Shown here in pieces: positions 25,485 through 38,713 of a stretch of DNA of 64,000 nt (its first letter is position 1; each line of letters opens with the position of its first letter). A program made the translations under genes and the position numbers. Source of the DNA: Leucoraja erinacea (Eukaryota); the NCBI RefSeq assembly GCF_028641065.1, contig NC_073384.1, forward strand, positions 72,168,001 to 72,232,000, in the 5' to 3' direction. The notes below the pieces were generated by a model, which was not told the origin of the DNA, did not search any database, and saw only the letters and a list, made by a program, of their open reading frames with translations.

Positions 25485-26390
25485 ATGTCCTCTTCTTGCT
25501 GCTACCATCAGGCACAAGGGTAAAGAAGCCCGAGGCAGCACAACACAAGGTTCAGGGACAGAGTCAAGAGTGTTTTATTGTCATATGTACTGAAACAGAG
25601 CAATGAAATTCTTACTTCCAGCAGCACCACAGGTTTGTAAATACAGTTCTCAATAGATTATATAATTAACAAACAAAGAAAAAAAAAATCCGTAGTAAAT
25701 AAACAGCCACTTTCCTACAACTATCAGGTTCTTGAACTAACCTGCTCAACTCCAATCATAACAGTTTGGCATGTCCCCAAAGACATTTACCAATTTTTAC
25801 AGATGCATCGTAGAGAGCATCCTAATGAGATGCATCATTACTTGGTTTGGTGAGAACTCAGCCCTCGATGGAAAAAAAAGGCTCAATTGTGGATGAAGCC
25901 CAGCCCATCACATAATCTAGCCCCTCCTCCCCCCCCCCCCCCTCACCATCCTCCCCCAATCAACTCCATCTACAACTCCCAATGCCTCGGAAAAGAAGCC
26001 AACATAATCAAGGACCTTTTACACCGTTCTTTGCACCCCCATTTACATCCATTCTTCTCCCCAGAGAAGAACCAAAAGCTTGAAACGACAACAAGATTCT
26101 GGAACAGCCTTTACGCACTGTTATTAGACGACTGAATGGTCCTCCCATAAGCTATGGTGTAGTTCCGACCTCCCCACCTACCTCATAGTAACCCTTGCAC
26201 TTTTTTCTCTGTATATTTTAACTGTAATGCTATAACACTGTATTCTGCACACTAGTACTTTTCTCTTTGCACTACCTGATGTACATGTGCAATGACTTGA
26301 TTGTACTTGTGTATCGTATAATCTGACTGGATAGCAGAGCAAACAGAGTTGTTCAGCGTATCTCAGTACACGTGACAATAATAGGATAAC
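25485..26390 (+). mobile_element. Cluster of decayed Rex1/Babar fragments
   Basis: FYRCIVESIL-like sequence near 25795, SQCLGKEANIIKD...TTRFWNS, 3' tail cacgtgacaataa. Confidence 0.65.
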
Positions 26391-27519
26391 AATGCCAATT
26401 CAATTTTACTTCCACTTCCTCTCCTACTTATGCACCACATCATTTCTTCAGTAATCTAATACATGTCCACAAGATTACCAATGATGAATGAAAATCGAAT
26501 AGCGGTTTCAAGTGCCGACTTAATTAGCCAAATCGAGGTTGTGTACTCAGTAACCACATGTACAAGTCAACCACCTCATTATGGCAGTTCGAGTTATGGA
26601 AATTCACCTGTACAATATTCACAAACAACTACCCATCAATTTTAGATATGAAAAAAAAAATCACTTTGATAAATAGGTAGATAGATAAAGATGAATAAAG
26701 TAAATCAGCACAAGATTTTCAACACACATTTCTTGACACTTGCACAGATAACATGGCTTTGTGTTACATGAAATCATGAAACATTTTCTATGATACTTAA
26801 CTCCCCTACCCTCCAATAATGCAGGGGTCAGCCATACAATAACAGAAAAATAATATAAATTATTTTAAACTAAAAATAAATTAAAAAATGAAGAACCATC
26901 CAAAGAGTGCTTTGCTGATATGAAAATAAGTCGTTCCTGGGCTTAATTGTTTAATCTGCCAGCATACTTTTATTTACAGTTTAGCATTCAGCACTGTGTC
27001 TCAGTGCAAGAACAGCTTGTCTCTGCAGCTGGACACTGGTCTGTAACTACCAACGTGTACAAAGATAGAGTAGAGTTTCCCTGTGCCACTCGCCTTCAGG
27101 ATAAATACATTGCCACAGGGTAACATGACATCAACATCTGGTCTCCCATTTAGATCTCAATTCAACTCAGAACCCGAGTTCTGTTACATTGCATATAAAT
27201 TACCTCTATCCAGCCATGAACATGCTGGAAAGGAAACAAGACATGTCCATTCAATTCTATTCACATAGAACTAAAGATGTCGTGTTTGCTATAGTGCTTG
27301 TGAAAAAGCTCCACTTTAACTATCTCAAGCAGATTTGACAATTCTCAACCTTTGAGACTTCTCAGACAAAGCTATTGCTGTATTTGTTCTCAAAGGTTCT
27401 CAAAGGTGGACCTTGAAGAGAATACCCGAAGTGAACCTCCAATTTGATCGTTACATCCCCAGACCTTTGTAGAAAATAAAGTATTTAATATAGTGTTATA
27501 CGTAGGCAGGCAATTGACT

Positions 27520-27925
27520 CCATTTATACCTCGGCAAGGATGGAAGCATAATCAAGGACGAGTCGCACCCGGGACACTCCCTCTTCTCCCCTCTCCCAAC
27601 TGGCAAAAGGTATAGAAGTGTGAAAACGCACACCTCCAGAATTAGGGACAGTATCTTCCCAGCTGTTATCAGGCAACTGAACCATCCTACCACAACCAGA
27701 GAGCAGTGTTGAACTACTATCTACCTCATTGGTGACCCTCGGACTATCCCTGATCAGACTTTGCTGGCTTCACCTTGCACTAAACGTTATTCCCTTATCA
27801 TGTATCTGTACACTGTAAATGGCTCGATTATAATCATGTATTGTCTTTCTGCTGACTGGAGAGCACGCAACAAAAGCTTTCTAACTGCACCTCGGTACAC
27901 GTGACAATAAACTAAACTGAACTGA
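27520..27925 (+). mobile_element. Rex1/Babar LINE 3' fragment
   Basis: IIKDESHPGHSLFSPLPTGKRYRSVKTHTSR...FPAVIRQLN; tail gtgacaataaa(ctaaa/ctgaa)n. Confidence 0.82.
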
Positions 27926-28266
27926 AGAGGCAAAGACTCAGTGTCAGCCAAAAGTCAAATTAATTGATTGAAAGATACAGCCTGGAAAGAGGCCCTTTGA
28001 CCCAGTGGGCCCAGGTTGATGATCAAGCACTCATCCAATACATTAGTTCAATGTTATCCTCTCCCTATATACTGCGGGTTTCCTTCAGATCCAGCAAATT
28101 AAATGATGCCATTGTTTGTTCACTAGGTTTGATTCAAATTCCAAAGCATTAACTAGTCACACGTAGTTATACTCTATTGAAAGAACAAATGTAAAATTGG
28201 GATAAATTCTTACCATTATTGCATTGTATAATCTAGCAAAGTAGATCACAACTGAAATGACAGTAA

Positions 28267-29030
28267 TGGGCCTGTCCCACTGAGGCGGCTTTTTAGGCGA
28301 CACTGGTGGTCGCTGGGGTGTCGTCTGTATGGTCGTGAGTAGCCTCCTCAGTCGCCCAAAGAGTCGTAGCATCTTTCTGGTTTTCAACATGTTGCAAATT
28401 TTTCGTCAACAGTGGCGACCTTGGGTTTGATGCCAAATGAGCTGTCGTTGGTTGTCGCCAGGATGTCCTAGGGCAGGGGTGGGCAACCTTGTTCTGCATA
28501 GGGGCCGGGACGCATGTCTGTGAGCGGATGGCGGGCCACATCTATCACGTGTACACATGGATCCCACCCCCATCCCACCCCGGATGGCAGGCATCAAATC
28601 ACGTGTTCACAGAAGGTAGACAAAAATGCTGGAGAAACTCAGCGGGTGAGGCAGCCTCATGCAATCCTTGCATGTTTCGCCCGCTGAGTTTCTCCAGCAT
28701 TTTTGTCTACCGTCGATTTTTCCAGCATCTGCAGTTATTTCTTAAACGTGTTCGCAGAAGGTGCGTGGCCGTGCCGGCAGCTTTGCGCAGGATACGGTAC
28801 AGCCAGAGCTTGGCCGCGTTCGGCGGGCCGGATGATTACGGGGGGTGGGGGGAAATCTGCCTGCGGGCCGGATGATTAGGGGGGAAAAATCTGCCTGCGG
28901 GCCGGATGATTCCGGGGGCCGTAGGTTGCTGACCTGTCGTAGGGTGTCGCCAGGTGACGTAGGTTGTCGCTGGTGCTGACTTCGGTGAATTTCAAAGTTG
29001 TGTTCGCCGGCAGTCGACTAAAAAATCACA
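28267..29030. mobile_element. PIF/Harbinger-type MITE (right end lost) hosting a hAT element
   Basis: TAA|tgggcctgtcccact; interior matches 63196-63610. Confidence 0.72.
28474..28936. mobile_element. hAT (Charlie-like) MITE hosting a fold-back PLE (28618-28745)
   Basis: TIR caggggtgggcaacct / aggttgctgacctg; TSD tcctaggg/tcgtaggg; subterminal gcgggccggatgatt repeats; PLE TSD acgtgttc(a/g)cagaaggt. Confidence 0.8.
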
Positions 29031-29771
29031 CTGTACATGTATAATGACAATAAATGGCATATCTATCTATTAGCCTCCTTTGAAAAGCAAAATGATAAAA
29101 ATATAGAACATGCAAATCATTTAATGAAATAAGGAGTACAAGATCCACCTTATATTTCACCCCTTTGTCCAGTGATGTGCTGATAACCACTAACGTCTGA
29201 ATGTTTATGCTTCAAAAACTGCAAAATGTAAAGCACATTTCTCTTAACAAAGTGACATGAAAGCTTATTTCATTCTTCATGGACTTTGTTCCTCTGGTGT
29301 ACAGGTTTCTGCACCTGGTTCATGTACAGTGGTGATTGAATTACAAAGCAAACTAGTAGTGACATGATTTCCTTAGTATTCGGCAAGAATAAATATCCTA
29401 CTTTTTGAATTTCAAGTGATTTGCAGCCCTATTGCTTTCTTATGTATTGATAAAACCATAAGCAGAGCCGGAAACATGAATAATAAAATGTCATACATTT
29501 CAAACTTTCCAACAACTATGATCTGACAGCATGAAAATAAACAATGAACAACAGAAGACATGAAAATGTTAACTGGATTTGAAGATAGAAGTGCCAGATT
29601 AGTATTACTAATGTACGTAGACCAAACCATGACAATAGGTAATGTCCGTTCAGGCTGGCAATGTCCCAAAGGCTGTAATCACAAAAACACAAATGCTGGA
29701 AATGATTCCCCTTCTGTGGCTGTTGCTACTTACATAAATATTGCCTTTAAAAGAAAAAAACCTTAATAGTT

Positions 29772-30078
29772 AGGGTGGCATGGTGGCGTAGCGGTAGAGT
29801 TGCTGCCTTCCTGCGCCAGAGATGCCGGTTCGATCCTGGCTACGGGTGCTGTCTGTATGCAGTATGTACATTCTCCCCGTGACCTGCGTGGCTTTTCTCC
29901 AAGACCTTCGGTTTCCTCCCGTACTCCAAAGACGTAAAGGTTTGTAAGTTAATTGGCTTGATATAATATAAATTGTCCCTAGAGTGTGTAGGATAGTGTT
30001 AGCGTGCGGGGATCGCTGGTCGATGCGGACTCGGGTGGCCGAAGGTCCTATTTCCGTGTTGTATCTATAAACTAAACT
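29772..30078 (+). mobile_element. HE1-like V-SINE
   Basis: Full head, V-domain, (ctaaa)n tail. Confidence 0.88.
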
Positions 30079-30412
30079 ACAGAAAAGTAACATAGGAAAG
30101 AATACAGATCGTCCCCAGCTTATGAATGCCCGGCCTATGTACGGTCCAGACATACAAGCAAATGTTTAAACACCGGCCGGGTGGCTTTTTCGACTGCTGT
30201 GGGGCTGGAGGCGATAGTTCGTGACACAAGCTGGAATTCTGTCACATCAAACCCATGAACAATACATTGCAGTTAATGTGTTGATGTCCTTTTTGCAAAT
30301 CCAATTTAGAGACCTGCCGTCCACACCAGTAGCATTGTCCTTTTTAAAAAAACTGGAAATAGCATTTAAAACTCTGTCTACAGTAAAACATTTAAAACAA
30401 ATATTATTAACC

Positions 30413-30590
30413 TGATGATAGACACAAAAGCTGGAGCAACTCAGCAGATCAGACAGCATCTCTGAAGATAAGGAATAGATAACGTTTCGGGTCGAGACCC
30501 TATTCCTTTTCTCCAGATATGCTTGCTGTCTGACTCACAGCTGTTTGTGTCTATCTTCAGTTTAAACCAGCATCTGCAGTTCCTTCCTAC
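30413..30590. mobile_element. Fold-back PLE derivative (second subfamily)
   Basis: 10-bp TSD attattaacc (30403-30412, 30591-30600); inversion point at helix II gggtcgagaccc. Confidence 0.78.
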
Positions 30591-30826
30591 ATTATTAACC
30601 GGAGATAGGTTTGGACTAAATTTGCTAATATAAAAATGGCAAAACAAGATTTAATATGGTTTGCCAGACTGTCTATTCCTAAAGAACTACCAAACTCTGC
30701 AAGCATCTTCTGTTGTGTGGGAACTCTGGACAGCACAACCCTGTATTAATCTTAGGACTAAAAGGTTGATCTTAATGATCCTCATAAAAGGATGAATAGT
30801 GAGGCCACACAAGAATTTATAGGTTG

Positions 30827-31163
30827 TTCAGTTTAGTTTAGTTTATTGCCAAGTGTGTGTAGACGAAATGTACCCCAGGTTGGGAACCCTTGCAATACAA
30901 GATTACAATTGAGCCATTTACAATGTATAGATACATGATAAGGGAATAACATTTAATGCAAGGTAAAGCCAGCAACGTCTGGTCCCAGGGTCACCAATGA
31001 GTTAGATGGTAGTTCATGACAGCTCTCTGGTTGTGGTAGGATGGTTCAGTTGCCTCATAACAGCTGGGAAGAAACTGTCCCTGAATCTGGAAGTGTGCGT
31101 TTTCACCTTTTGCCTGATGGGTGAGGGGAGAAGAGGGAGTGGCCAGGGTGCAACTCGTCCTTG
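30827..31163 (-). mobile_element. Rex1/Babar LINE 3' fragment
   Basis: KTHTSRFRDSFFPAVMRQLN; same family as 2585 and 27520. Confidence 0.78.
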
Positions 31164-31719
31164 TTCATGTTTCAAGTGTGAAGTATAATGAGGGGAATCC
31201 AAGAGACAAGAAGTCAAATAACTGCGTGCACTGCACACACAACTGTGCTGAAGCTGCAGCTACACCCAGAGCAACGATAGCACCCGGTATTTGTCAATTG
31301 GTGACTTGTTTTGTTTTAGTTAAATCATTCGACTTTAATGTCACTGTTAAAAACAACCATAAATGCCCTTGAGAAAATGGTGATAAACTGCCACTCTGAA
31401 ACACTGAAACCTGAGGTGCAATTGATTAGGAAGTTCCAGAGTTGTGATCCACTTCTGAAAGAGGACAGGGAGACACCAAGAAGAGCTGCCGTTGCCTTAC
31501 TAGATGGCAGAGGTGATGGGTTTGGGAGTTGCTATCACTGACACCTGAATACATTGACATTTGTGGATTGGGCATACTGGGGCCCCCTATACTGATGGTG
31601 AAGGGGTGAATGTTCAAACTGGAAAGTTTAATCTGATCGTATAATCCAAGCTGACATTTTTGTGCAGTATTGAATGATTATTGCCTTTTGGATTTCACAC
31701 AAGGATTTACCTTTTGATT

Positions 31720-32031
31720 TTTAGCTTTAGTTTAGAGATACAGGGTGGAAACAGGCCCTTCGGCCCACCGAGTCCACACGGACCAGCGATCCCCACATAT
31801 TAACACTACCCTACACACACTAGGGACAATTTACATTTGTACCAAGCCAATTAACCTACAAACCTGTACGTCTTTGGAGTGTGGGAGAAAACCAAAGATC
31901 TCGAAGAAAACCCACGCAGGTCACGGGGAGAACGTACAAACTCCATACAGACAAGCACCCATAGTCACGATTGAACCCGGGTCTCTGGCGCTGTAAGGCA
32001 GCAACTCTACTGCTGCGCCACCGTGCTGCCC
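31720..32031 (-). mobile_element. HE1-like V-SINE
   Basis: Full-length, close to the 57055 copy. Confidence 0.9.
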
Positions 32032-32032
32032 G

Positions 32033-32260
32033 CTCTCAGGTGAAATTAAACCATCCCATGATTATAAGAGCAGCAGTGAGTTTTACATATACCCTACTTG
32101 CTATAACATCACCAGTCATCATTATCTAATTTGTCATTAATCTAATTACAGTTTGTACTGCTTTGAGTGCTGCAAATCGATCTACACTTTTGTCTGTATA
32201 AAGGCAAAAACACCTTTACTTCATCACATATTTCCTTGCTTGTGGAGTTCATTTGGAGTT
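32033..32260 (+). mobile_element. Possible ancient DeuSINE (SacSINE1/AmnSINE1-like) remnant
   Basis: ctctcaggtg...atcccatg...agagcag...aacatcacc...attatct...gtcatta resembles the recalled Deu domain; very diverged. Confidence 0.35.
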
Positions 32261-33004
32261 CTTTCGGTTCATCTATGTAGGACTGATGTAAATGTTCAAC
32301 TGTGATATGAATGAATCTTGCAATTGGAGAGGAGTTCTCTACTCTACAAATGTTTATCTTTTATGTGCTTTAAACCAACACAAGGACTAGAGGGATAGGC
32401 AATTGGTGGGAAAGGAACAGCAATTCATTCAAATGTATTTTAAATGTTAGACACGAACGACAAACAGAGAAAGTGCAACAAAGCTGTTTCAAAATAACAA
32501 GAACATGTATACATAAGTCAAAATAATATTGGGTAACTTTGTAAGAATAATTCAGGTACTGGCATGACACAAATCTTTTTGATTGATAATTGTCTGAAAT
32601 GGGAACTGATGGGACAAAATTAAACACCTCACATTGTACCATCTTAATTGCCATAAATTACAAGAACAATGGAGATATTTAACTCATCACTGAAAATCAA
32701 TCTGCCTACATCTGATCCACGTATGATGTGAACTATTGAAACCATTGACTAACACTCGGAGGAAGGATTCTGTCTCAGGTTCATCCACGCTCTCCAGGGA
32801 TGTTGGGTTGAAAAGATTGAATGCTTGTAAATATACAAAAGATATGTAATGAAATTCTGGACTAGGTTGTAGCCTATATTTTGTCTCAAGCAGGCCTTTT
32901 TCAGTGGATTGATAAGCCCCCGGGTTTGCCTCAGGTTGCTGTGAATTGAGACAATGACCGATGCCTTTGAAATGGGTCTACCAATTGATGAGAGAGAGAA
33001 GTGC

Positions 33005-33180
33005 AGATGTCTAAGAGAGAGTTAGATAGAGCTCGAGGGGCTAGTGGAATCAAGGGATATGGGGAGAAGGCAGGCACGGGTTATTGATTTGGGACGATCA
33101 GCCATGATCACAATGAATGGCGGTGCTGGCTCAAAGGGCCGAATGGCCTCCTCCTGCACCTATTTTCTGTGTTTATATGT
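33005..33180 (+). mobile_element. CR1 3' end fragment
   Basis: Tail gggccgaatggcctcctcctgcacctattttct; flanked by duplicated tgagacaatgaccgatgcctt. Confidence 0.8.
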
Positions 33181-33397
33181 ATAATGAGACAATGACCGAT
33201 GCCTTGTCTTGAAAGTACCAACTGATAAGATGCCTTTGAAATGTGACTGCTAATTGACAAGAGACCAGCTCAGACACATCCTGTGGTGATGTGTATTGAC
33301 TGTATCTCTGACCATGACTAACATCTTTGGTTATGTGACTAAGTGACAAACACACAGTATAAAATATCATGCAATTCTTTGTTCATTGAAGTGGCAC

Positions 33398-35478
33398 ACG
33401 TTTCGGGCCGAAACCCTTCTTCAGACTGATCAGGGGTGGGTGGGGACAAGAAAGGGAAAAGGAGGAGTAGCCGGAAGGCTGGAGGGTGGGAGGAGACAGC
33501 AGGGGAGCTGAGGAAGGGGAGGAGACAGCAAGGACTAACAGAATTGGGAGAAGTAGATGGCCACCATCTCCAGCACCATCACCAACTTCATCCACTCCAA
33601 TGCCCTGCCCGACCGAGCCTCCAACCTCATCGTTCCCCAGCCCCGCACAGCCCGATTTTACCTTCTCCCTAAAATCCACAAACCTGATTGTCCCGGGAGA
33701 CCCATTGTCTCCGCCTGTTCGTGCCCCACCGAACTCATTTCCAAATACCTTGACTCCATCCTATCAAAGTTGGTTAAATCCCTCCCTACCTATGTCCAAA
33801 ATGCACCTCAGACACTCTCCGTTTCGGGTCGAGACGCATTCAATTCTCTAGGCCCTCACCCCCTCATCTTCACCATGGATGTCCAGTCACTATACACCTC
33901 CATCCCCCACCAGGATGGCTTCAAAGCTCTCCGGTTCTTCCTCGACCAGAGGAGCAACCTATACCCAGCCACTGTCACCCTCCTCCGCCTAGCGGAGTTC
34001 ATCCTCACCCTCAACAACTTTATGTTTAACTCCTCCCACTTCCTCCAAATACAAGGCGTAGCTATGGGCACACGAATGGGCCCCAGCTTGCCTGCCTATT
34101 TGTAGGTTACGTCGAGCAAAAGTCAATACATACCAGGGCCCCATCCCCGACCTCTACCTCCGCTACATCGACGACTGCTTTGGTGCCACCTCCTGCACCC
34201 GCACACAACTGACTGACTTCATCCACTTCACCACTAATTTCCACCCGGCACTGAAATACACCTGGACCATTTCCGACACTTCCCTACCATTCCTTGACCT
34301 CACTATCTCCATTGCAGGTGATAGACTTCTAACCGACATACACTATAAACCCACTGACTCCCATGGCTATCTGGACTACACTTCTTCCCACCCTGCTTCC
34401 TGTAAGGACTCCATCCCCTACTCCCAATTCCTCCGTCTACGCCGCATCTGCTCCACGGATGAGGCGTTCCACACCAGGACATCTGAAATGTCCTCACTAT
34501 TCAGGGAACGGGGGTTCCCCTCCTCCACCATAAATGAGGCTCGCACCAGGGTCTCTTCCATACCCCGCAACACTGCTCTCTCTCCCCATCCCCGCACTCG
34601 CAACAAGGGCTGAGTCCCCCTAGTCCTCACCTTTCACCCCACCAGCCGTCACATACAAAAATAATCCTCCGTCAGTTTCGTAAACCTCCAACGTGGCCTG
34701 TCCCACTACTACCACATCTTCCCATCTCCCCCCATATCTGCCTTCCGCAAAGACCGCTCCCTCCATAACTCCCTTGTCAATTCTTCCCTTCCCTCTCGGT
34801 CCACCCCCTCCCCGGGCACTTTCCCTTGCGGCCGCAGGAGATGCAACACTTGTCCCTTTACCTCCCCCCTCAACTCCGTTCAGGGACCCAAGCAATCGTT
34901 CCAGGTGCGACAGAGGTTTACCTGCATCTCTTCCAACCTCATCTATTGCGTCCGCTGCTCTAGATGTCAGCAGATCTATATCGGTGAGACCAAGCGGAGG
35001 TTGGGCGATCGTTTCGCCGAACACCTCCGCTCGGTCCGAAATAACCTAGCTGACCTCCCGGTGGCTCAGCACTTCAACTCCCCCTCCCACTCCGCCTCCG
35101 ACCTCTCTGTCCTGGGTCTCCTCCATGGCCACAGCAAGCAGCACCGGAAATTGGAGGAACAGCACCTCATATTCCGTTTGGGGAGTCTGCACCCCGGGGG
35201 CATGAACATCGACTTCTCCCAATTCTGTTAGTCCTTGCTGTCTCCTCCCCTTCCTCAGCTCCCCTGCTGTCTCCTCCCACCCTCCAGCCTTCCGGCTACT
35301 CCTCCTTTTCCCTTTCTTGTCCCCACCCACCCCCCCACCCCTGATCAGTCTGAAGAAGGGTTTCGGCCCGAAACGTTGCCTATTTCCTTCACTCCATAGA
35401 TGCTGCTGCACCCGCTGAGTTTCTCCAGCTTTTCTGTGTAACCTTCGATTCTCCAGCATCTGCAGTTCCCTCTTAAAC
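33398..35478 (+). mobile_element. Neptune-type Penelope-like element, 5'-truncated, with an inverted partial pLTR; RT + GIY-YIG ORF disrupted
   Basis: RFYLLPKIHKPDCPGRPIVS, FTMDVQSLYTSI, QIQGVAMG, YIDD (34164-34175), linker CGRRRCNTC, NLIYCVRCSRCQQIYIGETKRRLGDRFAEH; frameshifts and a stop; 33398-33554 is the inverse of 35212-35376. Confidence 0.93.
35346..35380 (+). ncRNA. Minimal hammerhead motif in the PLE 3' repeat
   Basis: cagt-CTGAAGA-a-gggt(ttcg)gccc-GAAA-cg-TT|gcc. Confidence 0.7.
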
Positions 35479-36454
35479 ACTAACATCTTTGGAATGTGAC
35501 TAAGTGACAAACACATAGTATAAAACATCATGCAAGTCAAGTGTCTGTGTTGCTTACTTGACTGGTGCATCCCCGTCACTTGCCGGCAGATGATCAGTAA
35601 AGATTGAGTTGGTCTACCTAACGTTTTTGTGAGTTGTCTGTTTATTAAGTAGTGAACCGAAACAGCGCGACCCGCTGAGTTACTCCGGTAGTTTGTGTCT
35701 TTCCCTTAGTCAAAGGTTCCACCCAAATTGCCAAGACCTGCATACATAATTTCTCAAATAGTTTATATCCCAAAACATTATTTTCTTATAGAAATGAGAG
35801 CAACTTTCACCCAAATGAATCAATACTGTTTCCGATGTCTTCGTGCCTTGTTTGATCACTGACAGAAATGCAATTTTTAATTTACTCTGCTTCAAAGTTC
35901 TGGACATTACTCTGGATCAAAGGGACACAAAATGCTGGTGGCAGCATCGGTGAAGTTTCGGGTCGAGACCTTTCTTCAGAGTTTCCTCTGGATCACACTG
36001 GTGCATTTCATGGTATAATATATGTTAATCTCCAGCTCTCTATAATACCAAATTGATGAAAGTGTGGAAGTTCATGCAGTATATACAGATCTCATTGCAA
36101 AAATAAATCATAAAAGTTCTACTAATCTAGACAGGTGCTAAAGCACCAAAATCCTCAATATGTTATTTAATTGAAAATAGAAATCTTCAATGAGTCAGGG
36201 TGGGGAGAGGAACTGTATCATATTAAGATTTTCCTATTGATTAAAAAGTTATGCTTAAAAGTCAATTTAAAAAAAAATATTTAAATTATTCTTTTAAATT
36301 ATTGTACCAGCTGGAAACAGCTGGAAACATTGGAGGAACGTAGAACAGTATCAGCACTGGAACAGGTTATTTGGCCTACAATGCCTGTGCAAACATGATG
36401 CCAAATTAAATTAATATCCTTGGCACGGGATCGATACAGATATCGAAACCGATA

Positions 36455-36715
36455 CAACGGCATAGACCCGGGTTCGATCCTGACTATGGTGCTGTCTGTA
36501 CAGAGTTTGTACGTTCTCCCCATGACCTGCCTGGGTTTTCTCCGAGATCTTCGCTTTCCTCCCACACGCCAAAGAAGTTTATAGGTTAATTGGCTTGGTG
36601 TAAATGTAAATTGTCCCCAGTGTGTGTAGCACAGGGTTAATGTGCGGGGATCGCTGGTCGATCCGGACTGGGTGGGCTTAGGGGTTTGTTTCTGCGCTGT
36701 ATCTCTAAACTAAAC
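36455..36715 (+). mobile_element. HE1-like V-SINE lacking the A-box
   Basis: gacccgggttcgatcctgact through ctctaaactaaa. Confidence 0.83.
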
Positions 36716-37009
36716 ATTATCCAAATCAGAAAAGGACTTACATGAAAGTAAAAAGTAACAAAAAGTAAAGGTAAAGGTAAAATAAAGGGCCTGTCCCACT
36801 ATACACTTCCATTCCCTCCACAAATGCTGCCAAACCTGCTGAGTTACTCCATCACTTTGTGTTTTGCTCAATTGTCATTAAAAGTTTAAATGAAGGAACT
36901 CATCACTTAGAAAGCATCTAATATGTCAGATGCCACAGTAGTGCAGCAGGTAGAGCTACTGCCTCAACGCTCAAACCAACATTGAACATTATAAGCACAG
37001 GCCCTTCGG

Positions 37010-38278
37010 CCCACATTGACTGTGCTAAACATGGTGCCAAGATCAACTCTGAGCTGCGTGCACATAATCCATATCCCTCTATTCCCTGCTTGTCCATGTA
37101 CCTATCCAAAAGTCTATTAGATGCCACTATTGTATCTACCTACACCATCACCAACTGGCACAATGTCTTTATGTTTATGAAAACATAAACACTGCATTCC
37201 TGGCGCCCAGCACCCTCTGTATAAAAAATATGCTCTGCACATCTCCTTTAAACTTTGCCCCTCTCACCTTAAAGCTATGTCCTCTAATAATTGATATTTC
37301 TATCCTGGGTAAAAAGTTCAGACTGTCTATCCTATCTCTGCCTTTCATGGGCTTATAAATCTGTCTATCAGATCTCCCCTCAATGCTTGTCGTTGCTGAG
37401 AAAAACAATCCAAGTTCGTCCAACCTCTCCTTATAGCTAATACCCCTGAATCCAGGCAGTATTCTGATAAATCTCATCTGCACCCTTTCCAAAGCCTCCA
37501 CGCCGTTCTGTATTGGCGCCAACAGAACTACACACAATACTCAAAATGTGGCCTGAGTGCGCATTGTCTTCCTGATTCTTAAGGGCCTGTCCCACTTGCA
37601 TGCGATTGCATGCGTTTGGCACGACCAATCGGAAGCGGAATTTGCGCTAAGTTCATGCTAAGTACGTGCTAAATACACGCTAAGTTTGCGCATGATGTAA
37701 TTTGCGTCATACTTACCAATCAGCTGGGCAGGAGGCGGGCCGACTGAATTTGGGCGTCGCACGGCATCGGGCGGTGACGTCATCGTGCAACGCCATGCGC
37801 TAGGCGTACGCCATCAAGGCGTTGCGTACGACGTCAAGACGCTGCGTACGCCATCAAGACACTGCGTAGGCCCTCAATGTGCCTGCGGGCCGACAGGCCG
37901 TTGGAGCGCAAAATATTTGGCCAATGCAGGATTTTCGGAGCCCCACGCGATGTCGGGACCAGCCCCGCACAACTCCATACGCCTCCGCTCTTCGAAGTGG
38001 GACCGGCCCCGCGCAGCCCATACGCCTCAAGCGACCATGTTTGGTCGCGCCAGACGCATGCAATCTCATGCAAGTGGGACAGGCCCTTTACACTCAATGC
38101 CCGAGCAATGAAGGCAAACATACCATATACCTTGGTTACCACTCTATCTACTTGTATTGCCACTTTCAGCGAGTTAAGGACATGGACCCCACGACCACCT
38201 CTGTACATCGATGCTGTTAAAAGAGTCTTGCTTTTAATTGTATACTTTCCCGTTACATTCGATTTCCCGGAGTGCAAC
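37010..38278 (-). mobile_element. CR1 LINE 3' part interrupted by a MITE
   Basis: ALERVQMRFIRILPGFRGISYKERLDELGLFF...RGHSFKVRG. Confidence 0.83.
37582..38087. mobile_element. PIF/Harbinger-type MITE, CpG-rich
   Basis: ~45-bp TIR agggcctgtcccacttgcatg(c/a)gattgcatgcgt...; perfect TSD TTA. Confidence 0.88.
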
Positions 38279-38279
38279 A

Positions 38280-38713
38280 CCGTACGGAGTGTGTATGTTC
38301 TCCCTGTGACTGCGTGGGCTTTCTCTGGATGCTCTGGTTTCCTCCCACTCTCCAGAGACGTACAGGTTTGTAATTGGCTTTGGTAAAGATTGCAAATTGT
38401 CCTTAGTGTGTAGGACAGTGTTAATGTATGGGGTGTTGCTGCAGATGCTGCAAAAGTCGAAGCTAGATAAAAATGCTGGAGAAACTCAGCAAGTGAGGCC
38501 GCATCTATACAATTAAACATTTTGTCTACTCCACTGTGAAATCTCCTCAAGGTATGCCTACTTTGAAGAAGTTCTCCTCCTCCCTCCGAATAGATGCTGC
38601 CTCACCCGCTGAGTTTCTCCAGCAATTTTGTCTACCTTTAATGTAGGAGGTGATCGCTGGTCGGCACAGACTCGGTGGGCCGAAGGGCCTGTTTCCACGC
38701 TGTATCTCTAAAC
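38280..38713 (+). mobile_element. V-SINE interrupted by a fold-back PLE derivative (~38437-38640)
   Basis: The SINE resumes at gtgatcgctggtcggcacagactcgg; inverted PLE tails enclose an ~80-bp unrelated spacer. Confidence 0.75.

Noticed and set aside
33557-35231. PLE as an intact, active RT-endonuclease gene
   Set aside because: 5'-truncated, with several frameshifts and an in-frame stop near 34611.
37785-38550. Long ORFs of 169-238 aa
   Set aside because: They run across MITE, CR1, SINE and PLE junctions; chance read-through.
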